From positions 1-64,000 of the forward strand of contig CAVXVG010000028.1 of assembly GCA_963765145.1 (NCBI GenBank): a DNA stretch of 64,000 nt, written 5' to 3'. The translations under genes were made by a program, and so were the position numbers. The stretch comes from Parachlamydiales bacterium (GTDB taxonomy: Bacteria; Chlamydiota; Chlamydiia; Chlamydiales; JAJFMK01). Below the pieces are notes generated by a model that was not told the DNA's origin, searched no databases, and saw only the letters and a list, made by a program, of their open reading frames with translations. The stretch's first letter is position 1, and the number at the start of each line of letters is the position of its first letter. Of the stretch, positions 1 to 9,464 are shown one piece after another.

Positions 1-329
1 ACGTTGGAGTGCTAAACGGCGTTGTTGCACAATGCAGAATCGAAGCAAATAAGTGAATTTTAAAGGTTTAAACCACAGAGAACACAGAGATCACAGAGAG
101 AGTGTAAAAATGAAACCATGCTTTGGCAATATTTTTAAGCCTATTCAGGTTTTCCGACTCTCCTCTGTGGTCTCTGTGCTCTCTGTGGTTAATCTTTTAT
201 AATCAGAGCCTTAAATAAAAATGAATTGTGCAACAACGCCGTGCTAAACTCCTGTTTTTTAGCTTTTTTCACTTATCAGTGAAAAGTGAAAGCTAAACAG
301 GGAATTCCGCGCTCCAAACGCGCTGCGAA
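1..329. repeat. REP-like palindromic repeat (family A), copy 1, interrupted by a MITE
   Basis: Arms TTGGAGTGCTAAACTCCTGTTT and AAACAGGGAATTCCGCGCTCCAAACGCG. The same unit recurs at 6416, 42718 and 50525. Confidence 0.85.
18..240. mobile_element. MITE with IS903-like (IS5 family) ends
   Basis: Perfect 16-bp TIR GGCGTTGTTGCACAAT / ATTGTGCAACAACGCC, flanked by the 9-bp direct repeat GTGCTAAAC (9-17 and 241-249). No ORF inside. Internal inverted arrays of CACAGAG / CTCTGTG. Confidence 0.85.
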
Positions 330-391
330 CTAAAAAACTCTTTTCACGTTATGAGAAATGGCTGGGGTTCGAGCTAAGAGTAAATAAAAGT

Positions 392-1969
392 TTAAACTCT
401 TACCTTAATCATCCAAGGAAGAATCTCTGTCACGCTGGGAGGACCAAAATATTGGATAGGTCCAGGACAGAGGTATTGATCATCCAGTGCCCACTTAGGA
501 GATTCCTTCAGGTAGTGGTTATACATGGCCCCTTCCAAATCGACAAGCGCTTTGGTAATCACTCCTCTTTTTTTCCCTTTTCTTACCTCAAAACCCATCA
601 TGGAGACTAATGGGACAAGATTTGGCAACCACTGCTCCGGCGGATGGTGCAAATCTGAAAGGGCTGCCATCAAACCGGTTGTCCGAAGAGAAACGCCGAG
701 CGCCGCCACCATTCCTAAACTATAGCAATAGTTGGCGTCAAAAGAGGTTGGCAATGAAGCTCTTGCCTCGTATCCAAAGAAAAAAGGCTGAGGAGAAAAA
801 GGGACTTTTTCACCACGGCGCTTAATCTCTTCTTCGACCATCTTCATAAAAAGGCGTTCTGTTTCAATTTTTGATACCTGAACATTGCCATGAGGGTCTC
901 TTTCTAGCGTCAATTGTTCCTGAAAGACTTTTGGCAGCAGTTCAAACAGCTTTTTCCCCTCTTCATCTAAGTGTTCGGGCCCTTTGCCCTCAGCTATGAG
1001 AGTATTGAGATGGCCGATCAAACGCTTAAATTCCGGGATAAACTCGATAATCCCCTCAGGAATTAAAATCAGACCGTAAGGTTTGCCCGCTTTGGCACGT
1101 GCTATCACTAGGTCGGTGATCTCATCGACAACTTGGTGTACAGTTTTTTGCTGTTCTTCAACTGCCTCTCCGATAAGAGCCATGTTGGGTTGGGTGTTGA
1201 GGGCACATTCTAATGTCAAATGAGAGGCAGATCTCCCCATCAATTTGACAAAGGCCCACATTTTTTTGGCTGACAATAGATCTTTGCCAAGGTTCCCGAC
1301 CAGTTCACTATACACTTTAGAGGCTGTGTCAAAACCGAAAGAAATTTCAACATCTTGGGTCTTTAAATCGCCGTCGATGGTCTTTGGCACTCCAATGACT
1401 GTGCAATCGATTTGTCGTTTTGCAAAATCTTCAGCCAGATAGGCCGCATTGGTGTTGGAATCGTCTGCCACCAACCACCACAAGGCCATCCAAATTCATC
1501 CCCTCAACAACCTTTCGGACCAGTTCAAACTGCTCGTCAGTCTCAATTTTAGTTCGACCGGAGCCTAAAAGATGAAATCCCCCTTGGTTTCTAAAGGGGG
1601 CGATTTTTTCTTCATCGAGAACAACGGCCTTTCCATTGACCAAGCCGCTAGGGCCGCCCAAAAAACCGACCAACTCCGATTTAGGAGAAAGGGTCATCAA
1701 CATGTCGTAAAGCCCTGGCAACCACATTGTGGCCGCCGGGCGCTTGTCCACCCGAAAAAAAAGACGCCGACTTTGAGTGGCTTTTCTTTGCTTAACTCCC
1801 CTTCAACGAAGGTGACCCTTTTAGCCTCTCCAATAATAGGAAAGAGGCTTTTTAGCTCGTGTGTGATTGTATCATCGCTGCAGGCGCTTGGCCTCAAGTG
1901 GCCGCCTCTTTTTAGAACAGTTGGAAATCGAGGTTGGTAAAGGAGTCTTTCTTTTTCAAGCGGGGTCAT
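392..1969 (-). CDS. pfp: Pyrophosphate-dependent phosphofructokinase, frameshifted into 3 ORFs
   Basis: SGGQAPGGHNV (restored across an A8 run at ~1756), GSGRTKI, DDSNTNAA, GVPKTIDGDL, MGRSASH and RDPHGNV motifs. Confidence 0.9.
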
Positions 1970-1971
1970 TG

Positions 1972-3345
1972 TTAACACTCGTGTACGTTGGCTGCAAGAC
2001 CCCCTAAGGAGGTCTCTTTGTAAATCGACTGCATGTTGATGCCTGTTTCCCGCATCGTTGCAATCACCTGATCAAGCGATACCCGATGGGTGCCATCTCC
2101 TAACATTGAAAGTCTGGCAGCATTAATGGCTTGTAAAGTGCCCATCGTATTCCGCTCGATGCAAGGAATCTGCACAAGGCCCATCACAGGGTCGCACGTC
2201 AAACCTAAATGGTGTTCCATCCCAATCTCGGCAGCATTTTCGATCTGCAGTGTCGTACCGCCTAAAGCAGCTGTTAATCCGGCTGCAGCCATCGAACAGG
2301 CAACTCCCACTTCTCCCATGCAGCCCATTTCGGCAGCAGAGATAGAAGCGCCCCATTTGAATAACATCCCAATTCCGCCAGCCGTTAACATAAAGTCAAC
2401 GATCCCTTTTTGGGTCGGATTAGGTGTGAATGTGGTGTAATATTTTAAAGTGGCCGGAACAATGCCTGCAGCTCCATTCGTAGGGGCAGTGACAACTCTT
2501 CCGCCGGCTGCATTTTCTTCATTCACAGACAAGGCAAACAGGCTAACCCAATCAAAAATCAGGGCAGGATCTTCATGAAAAGAGCGATTTTGCAACTGTT
2601 TAAAGACATCCGGCGCCCTTCTTTTGACACCTAAGCCTCCCGGCAAAATCCCCTCTTGATGGAAGCCCCTTTCGATGCACCGTTGCATCACATTCCAAAT
2701 GTTTAGCAACCCTTGATCGATCTCTTCATCAGTCCGATTGACCCTTTCATTGGCACGGATCATCTCAGGAACAGAAAGACCGGAGGCTTTGCCCATCCTT
2801 AAAATATCATCCCCATTTCGGTAAGGATAGGGATGAGGCATATGGTCGCCAACTACATCCTCAACAGTTTTTGTAGCCTCATCATGCGACACCACAAAAC
2901 CGCCACCAACCGAATAATAGACAGCTTGAGAAACAACTTCCCCTTTGCTGCTAGCGGTGAATCTAACACCATTGGGATGGTAGGGCAAAAAACGGTCTTT
3001 ATGGAATAAAAGATCTCTCTCTTCAACAAAGGAAACAGCGACCTTTCCACCTAATTGCAAAGTTTTTTCGGCGCGGATCTTTTTTAGCTTAGGCTCGATC
3101 GTTTCGGGATCGATCGATTCAGGCTTTTCTCCTTGCAAACCGAGCAGTACAGCCGTATCGGTGCCATGCCCTTTTCCGGTTAAGGCAAGGGAGCCATAGA
3201 GATCTATTTGAATATGATCAACTTGGGCAAAATTTTGGATCGTGCTTAAGAATTTGTAAGCTGCACGCATGGGCCCAACGGTATGAGAAGAGGAGGGGCC
3301 AATCCCTATAGAAAACATGTCAAAAACGCTGAGCGTCACGATCAC
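1972..3345 (-). CDS. sdaA: L-serine dehydratase (Fe-S, single chain)
   Basis: [26 protein letters not shown] and [19 protein letters not shown] motifs. Confidence 0.96.
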   Translation of the reverse strand: MIVTLSVFDMFSIGIGPSSSHTVGPMRAAYKFLSTIQNFAQVDHIQIDLYGSLALTGKGHGTDTAVLLGLQGEKPESIDPETIEPKLKKIRAEKTLQLGGKVAVSFVEERDLLFHKDRFLPYHPNGVRFTASSKGEVVSQAVYYSVGGGFVVSHDEATKTVEDVVGDHMPHPYPYRNGDDILRMGKASGLSVPEMIRANERVNRTDEEIDQGLLNIWNVMQRCIERGFHQEGILPGGLGVKRRAPDVFKQLQNRSFHEDPALIFDWVSLFALSVNEENAAGGRVVTAPTNGAAGIVPATLKYYTTFTPNPTQKGIVDFMLTAGGIGMLFKWGASISAAEMGCMGEVGVACSMAAAGLTAALGGTTLQIENAAEIGMEHHLGLTCDPVMGLVQIPCIERNTMGTLQAINAARLSMLGDGTHRVSLDQVIATMRETGINMQSIYKETSLGGLAANVHEC

Positions 3346-3491
3346 TCCTAGTGATGAAGGACATCTATTTTAAGTGGTATCCTCCCAAAGTCTCAAGGAA
3401 TTTCCTTCAACTCGACTTTCCAAAAAGAGGATGGGGCCTAGAAGCCTTGTGTTTAAAAGTGCCTGCTTAGCCTATTTTTTGCAGATTTCTT

Positions 3492-4073
3492 TCATCTTCT
3501 TACTTTGGCTTCGTCTCCGTGTAACATTCTGGATACTATCTCTGAAAATTCTGCTCTCGTTCCCATGCCGGCGGCAAATTTCCCAGATGTATCTGCTCCG
3601 TTTTTAAGCAGAAATTCTACTAATTCACACTTCAATTCACGAACGGCATCTAAGAGGTAGTCACGGGGAAGCTCGTGAATTAGAGCCTGTTGTTTGTCCA
3701 GATATTTTTGAGCTGCTGTAAAATCTTCTTGATTACACGCATCGATCAACATTTTTATAGTTGCGTACTGCTCAGGACTCTTCTTTTTCGCTTGTTCTGC
3801 AGCCCTCAATTGGAAGATTTTGTAGGCGCCAAAGAATGGAATAAATGAATACAAAAGTTCTTTGTTGGTCTGTTCAATAGATTTGTTGAGGAGGTAAGAC
3901 TGCAATGGGGTTGCTTTATTACCATCATGCGAATCAGCCTGAAATCTCATAGCATTTTGAAAAAGACCGGCAACAACTCCGACAATGGGTAAGTAAACCC
4001 CATAATGGGCAAAATTCTTAGCTAAATGCGATAAAAGCTGAGAAGATGGTGCGCTTTGTGGAATAGATGACAT
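3492..4073 (-). CDS. Hypothetical protein with a degenerate C-terminal ankyrin repeat; possible effector
   Basis: 193-aa ORF with a Ser/Gln-rich N-terminus, two hydrophobic segments and LLDAVRELKCELVEFLLKNGAD. Confidence 0.65.
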   Translation of the reverse strand: MSSIPQSAPSSQLLSHLAKNFAHYGVYLPIVGVVAGLFQNAMRFQADSHDGNKATPLQSYLLNKSIEQTNKELLYSFIPFFGAYKIFQLRAAEQAKKKSPEQYATIKMLIDACNQEDFTAAQKYLDKQQALIHELPRDYLLDAVRELKCELVEFLLKNGADTSGKFAAGMGTRAEFSEIVSRMLHGDEAKVRR

Positions 4074-4219
4074 AGTTTGCTCCTCAAGTATTTAGAAAAA
4101 GTATAGCATTTTTAATTAATTTTTTGTTAATTTTAGAGTTTCATTGAATTGTCTAGAGGCCCGGCCCCTTTTTTTCCAAAATGTACAAAAACTTTTGAAA
4201 AGGGGTAAAATAGAAGGGT

Positions 4220-5408
4220 ATGTACGACTTACCTCTTCAAGATTTTGAAAAACGGCTCGAAACTTTAAAAGATCAGGGGCTCTTTAAAGAAGAGCGGGTG
4301 ATCACATCGCCCTCAGAGTGCAGAAATCACCATCAATGGTGGAAAAGAAGTCCTAAACTTCTGCGCCAACAACTACCTCGGCCTTGCAGACAACCAAGAA
4401 CTAATCGAAGCAGCCAAGGCAGGGCTTGATACCCATGGATTGGGAATGGCCTCGGTTCGCTTCATCTGCGGAACACAAGATATCCATAAAGAACTAGAGA
4501 AAAAGGTCTCTTCGTTTTTAGAGACAGAAGACACCATCCTCTATTCTTCTTGTTTTGATGCCAATGGTGGCCTTTTTGAAACCCTTCTTGGATGAAAATG
4601 ACGCCATCATCTCCGACAGCTTAAACCATGCCAGCATCATCGACGGCATCCGCCTTTGCAAAGCCGAAAGGCATCGTTACGACACAATGATATGGCAGAA
4701 CTTGAAGCCAAATTGAAGGAAACTGGAAGATAACCGGTATCGGATGATTGCGACAGATGGTGTCTTTTCGATGGATGGAACGATTGCCAATTTGAAGGCC
4801 ATCTGTGATTTGGCCGATAGTACCATGCCTTTGTAATGGTCGACGAATGTCACGCAGCCGGCTTTTATAGGAAAACAGGGAAAGGAACTCGGAACACTGC
4901 GGCGTCCTAGGAAGGGTTGACCTTATCACTGGCACACTTGGCAAAGCTTTAGGTGGATCGTCTGGAGGCTATACTTCCGGTAGAAAAGTTCTATCGACTG
5001 GCTAAGACAAAAATCTCGCCCTTATCTATTTTCCAATGCATTGATGCCTGCCATCGTAGCTGCATCCCGAAGGTCTTTGAGTTGGTGGAAAAAGGGGATA
5101 GCTTAAGAGAAAAGCTTCAAAAAAATGCCCGCTTTTTCAGAGAAAAGATGGAAAAATTGGGTTTTCAGCTGTTGCCGGGAGAGCATCCTATCATCCCTGT
5201 GATGTTAGGCGATGCCGCCCTTGCCAGCCGATTTGCAAAAGAGATGTTAGAAGAGGGAGTTTACGTGATTGGGTTTAGCTTTCCTGTGGTCCCGATGGGC
5301 AAAGCCAGAATCCGCACACAGATGTCTGCTGCACATACAGAACAAGATTTAGAAAAAGCTATTAACGCCTTTGCCAAAGTGGGCAAAAACCTAGGAGTGA
5401 TTCGATGA
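4220..5408 (+). CDS. kbl: 2-amino-3-ketobutyrate CoA ligase (glycine C-acetyltransferase), multiple frameshifts
   Basis: [32 protein letters not shown] and GTLGKALGG read across frames, plus [19 protein letters not shown]. Lies upstream of tdh. Confidence 0.92.
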
Positions 5409-6414
5409 AAAAAACAATGAAAGCGATTGTCAAGAAACACTCAGAAGTTGGTATTTGGATGGACGAAGTGCCCATCCCAACCATCCAAGACAATGAGGTG
5501 TTGGTCAAAATTTTAAAGACTTCGATCTGCGGAACCGACCTTCACATTTATAAGTGGGATGCCTGGGCTAGAAAAAATGTACCGGTGCCCCTTGTGATTG
5601 GACATGAATTTGTTGGAGTGATCGAAAAAATTGGTTCGAGAGTCACGCAGTATAAAGTAGGTGAACGGGTCACAGCAGAAGGACATTTGGTCTGCGGCGT
5701 CTGCGAACCTTGTTTGGAAGGGAAAAAACACTCATGCCCTAAAACCAAAGGGATTGGTTACCACGCGCCCGGTGTTTTTGCAGAATATGCTGCTATTCCG
5801 GAAGAGAACGTCTTCCGTTTACCTAAAGAGATTAGCGACGAAGAAGCGGCCATTTTGACCCGTACGGCAACACAACACACACCGTTTTATCTTTCCCACT
5901 CACCTCTGAAGATGTTCTCATCACTGGTGCCGGCCCGATTGGCTGCATGGCAGCGGCTATCGCTCGTTTTGGCGGTGCACGAAAAGTGGTTGTAACAGAT
6001 GTTAATCCTTATAGGTTAGAACTTGCCAAAAAGATGGGGGCCACCGAAGTGGTCAACGTCAAAGAACAACAGCTGCAAGGCTCTTTTGGTCTTGGTTTTG
6101 AAATGGCCGGAAGCTCTGAAGCTTTAAACCAAATGTTACGACACGTCAAACATGGTGGAAAAATTGCCCTCCTTGGCATTTTGCCTCCAGGCACACTGAT
6201 CGACTGGGATTTGGTTATTTTCAAGATGTTAGAAATCAAAGGGATTTACGGTCGCGAAATCTTTCGAACGTGGCACCAGATGTGCCGCATGATAGAAGGC
6301 GGACTCCAAATTGCTCCTGTCATCACCCACCGTTTTAAAGCAGAAGACTTTCAAAAAGGTTTTGACGCCATGCTATCAGGACAGTCAGGCAAAGTCATCC
6401 TCGACTGGACCTGA
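5405..6414 (+). CDS. tdh: L-threonine 3-dehydrogenase, one frameshift near 5855
   Basis: [19 protein letters not shown], a Zn-binding Cys cluster, GIYGREIF and SGKVILDW. Confidence 0.93.
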
Positions 6415-6415
6415 T

Positions 6416-6513
6416 TGCGCGAAGCGTTTGGAGTGCTAAACTCCTGTTTAGCTTTCACTTTCACTGATAAGTCAAAGCTAAACAGGAGTTTAGCACTCCA
6501 AACGCGTTGCGAA
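6416..6513. repeat. REP-like palindromic repeat (family A), copy 2
   Basis: GCGTTTGGAGTGCTAAACTCCTGTTTAGCTTT ... AAAGCTAAACAGGAGTTTAGCACTCCAAACGC long hairpin between convergent genes. Confidence 0.9.
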
Positions 6514-6589
6514 CTAAAAAAACTTTTTCACAGCGATTATGCAAGGGCGCTCCTTTTAATTTTACCTATTGGCGTATCATCAAGGGGGC

Positions 6590-8847
6590 CTAAATGGCCT
6601 TCTTGATGCGGGTGGCGTTCCAGACGACGGTAATACTGCTGGCGGCCATGACGAAGGCTGAGAGGGCGGGCGTCAGACCGGTGCCAAAAATCGCCCAGAA
6701 AATGGCAGCAAAGTTATAGGCAAAGCTAAGCGCCAGGTTTTGCACGATGATTTTTCGGGCTTTGATCCCAAGTTCTCGCGCAACGACCATTTTTTCAAAA
6801 CTGCCGCAGACAACAAGGTCGGCCACAAATAGGGTGATATCTTTACCGCCTGCAGGAGAGACGGAAAGGTCTGCAGCAGCCAATGCTGGCCCGTCATTGA
6901 CGCCATCGCCTACAAAAAGGGCTGTTCCTCCCCTTTTTTGCACCTCGATCACAGCCTCTCTTTTCTGTTCAGGCGTAATTTCTCCTCGAAAATGGAGGAT
7001 ATTCAACCGGTTTGCCAATTTTTCAACTCTTTCAGTCCGATCTCCCGACAATATTTGAACTTTCGGCCCTTTGACACTTTGCAACCAAGTTTCAATCCCC
7101 TCTCTCAAATGCTCTCGGAACAAAAATCGGTAGACTTTTCCTTCAGCATAATAAAATAATTCTACATCAGGAACAGCCGCCGGCAACGGGAGTTTCAACT
7201 GCTCAAACCAACCCCTCGAACCGAGATAACGCCCTCCCCCTTGCATTCCCTTTCCCGGAAGCTCTTCCACATTGTCAAGCGGGAGCTGTTCTGTTTTCCC
7301 CAAATGACGTTTTAACGACAGCGAAAGAGGATGATTAGAAAAGCTGACTAGTGTCATTAACTTTCCTTTCTCGTCCTCAGGGATATCTCCTGAAAGCCAT
7401 TCCAGATCTCCGTCGGTTAATGTGCCTGTTTTATCGAGTAAAAGATCGGTCTCATTGCCCAAAAGATCGAGCCCTTCAATCCTGCGGACAACAATGCCCC
7501 GATTTCCCAATTCGGCCCCCAAATGGGCCCTAGCAATGGGAAGAGCAATCCCCAAAGTGCAAGGACAAGCCAGCAACAATAGGCTTAAAGCATCGACAGC
7601 ACCTCTATAGAAATAGAGGAATACAGCTACCGTAAGAATTACTGGCAAAAAATAGGGGAATGAACCGATCAAGAAAGGTAAAATGGGACACACGCTTCCC
7701 GAGCCCCTCTTCAATCAGGCTCACCATTGTTTGCAGGGTCGATCCCTCTTGCGTTTTGGTAACACGCACTTTGACCCAACCATCAACTAGACGGGTTCCT
7801 GCTAACAATTTATCCCCTAATTTTTTGGGGATTGGAAGCGATTCTCCTGTGACGATCCCTTCATCAACGTCAGCCGTCCCTTCAGTCACTTCTCCATCTA
7901 AAACAACTTTTTCTCCTCGAAGAATGAGGATTTCATCGCCAACTTCGACCTCTTTGATCGGCACCCACACATCGTTTCGGCGAGCTTTCATTGGCAATGC
8001 CCGAGAAACATCTAAAAGCTGCTCTCGCGCCTCCCCCTTCGCACGGCTTTCTAGCAGTTTTCCCCGTCAAGAAAAAGGCTGGCAACAAGGTGACACCATC
8101 CAGATAAAACTGAAAAGTTCCATTGGATAGATTAACAACAGATAAAACAAAGCCGCTGACCACGGCGGCTGTAATGAAAGCCTCTACCCCAAATGAAAAC
8201 CGAATAAGAGAGGCAAAACCTTGTTTAAGAAGCGACCAGGCGGCATAAAATGGGACTGGCAGGGCCGCAATGAAGGCATAGTAGGTAAAAAAAACTTTCC
8301 ATTGCTGATCCATCTGCTCTTCTATCAGAGAATAGGAGGCTGCCATCACATTGAGTGTACAAAAAAAGGCGACAGCTACCTTCCAACGGAGCCCTTTCAA
8401 CCAACCTTTCCTATCCAATTTCTCAAGAGGATGAGGGAGATAGCCCAATTGCCTGACGACTTTGAAAATCTCATCGGGAGAGACAAACCGGGGTTGATAC
8501 CAAACAATGCAAAGATCGGTGGAATAATCGACCGAAACCGACAACGCCCCCTCCATTTTGCCAATTGCATGCTCGATCAGATGCTGACATGAGGGGCAAA
8601 ACAACCCTTCGATCCAAAAAGCAAGCCGCAACTCCTCCCCTTCTCGCTTCTCAGGTTGCCGGTCGTTCAATAGCCCCATCTCTTGCGCCTGGTGAAAAAG
8701 AGGGTCTTCCGTTGAGGGATCGACCCCCTTCCCTTTCAGCACCCGCCACACAAAAGAACACCCACGGCAGCAGAACACTAATCCATCCTCAATAATATGA
8801 GAGGGTGTTTTTTGGCAAAGTGCACACTCAGATTCGACAAACAGCAT
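6590..8847 (-). CDS. Heavy-metal P1B-type ATPase (CcoI/FixI-like architecture), frameshifted into 3 ORFs
   Basis: N-terminal CALC...FCCRGC, HMA motif GLFCPSC, TGESLP, ACPC, DKTGTLT and GDGVND. Confidence 0.9.
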
Positions 8848-8872
8848 AGTTACATGTTATAATACTTGTGTT

Positions 8873-9406
8873 ATGGCAAGAAGAATACGTTATTATGGGG
8901 ACCCCATCCTTCGAAAAAAGGCGGAGCCCATCAAAGAATTTGGCACCGATTTTTTGAAAGAATTGGTTCAAGAGATGGACCATCTCATGCTCAACAACGA
9001 TGGGATGGCCCTTGCCGGCCCTCAAGCCGGTGAGGCGCTCAGGATTTTCGTCACTCGAGCTCCTTTTGAAACCCCCGAAGGTAAATGGGAACTGGGTGAC
9101 CTTGAAGTTTTTATTAACCCCGTCCTTACACTTCCCACCCCAGAACTTTGGATGCTAGAGGAAGGCTGCGTTTCTGTCCCTAAACTCTCTGTCCCCGTCG
9201 AAAGACCTGTCGGAATCACGATTGAAGCTTACGATATTGAAGGGAAATCGTTTAAACGTTCAGTCGAAGGCATCGTCGCCCGTATGTACATGCATGAAAA
9301 CGACCACCTCAACGGCGTTCTCACCATTGACCGGACCGACAAAAAAACCCGCGCTAAGCTCGAAAACCAGCTCCGCCTCATCAAGCAAAAATATAATAAG
9401 AAGTAG
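8873..9406 (+). CDS. def: Peptide deformylase
   Basis: GMALAGPQAG, EGCVS and HENDHLNG motifs. Confidence 0.96.
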   Translation: MARRIRYYGDPILRKKAEPIKEFGTDFLKELVQEMDHLMLNNDGMALAGPQAGEALRIFVTRAPFETPEGKWELGDLEVFINPVLTLPTPELWMLEEGCVSVPKLSVPVERPVGITIEAYDIEGKSFKRSVEGIVARMYMHENDHLNGVLTIDRTDKKTRAKLENQLRLIKQKYNKK

Positions 9407-9464
9407 GAGGGCCTCTAGCGCTCTACTCGGGTAGATTTGCTTTTCCAAACGCTTCGCGAGAAGA

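Noticed and set aside
4159..4175. GCCCGGCCCCTTTT motif, also at ~60687
   Set aside because: Only 14 bp in two copies with no partner arm seen. It may be a repeat remnant but cannot be supported.
6415..6606. 63-aa ORF after tdh
   Set aside because: It is a translation of the palindromic repeat.
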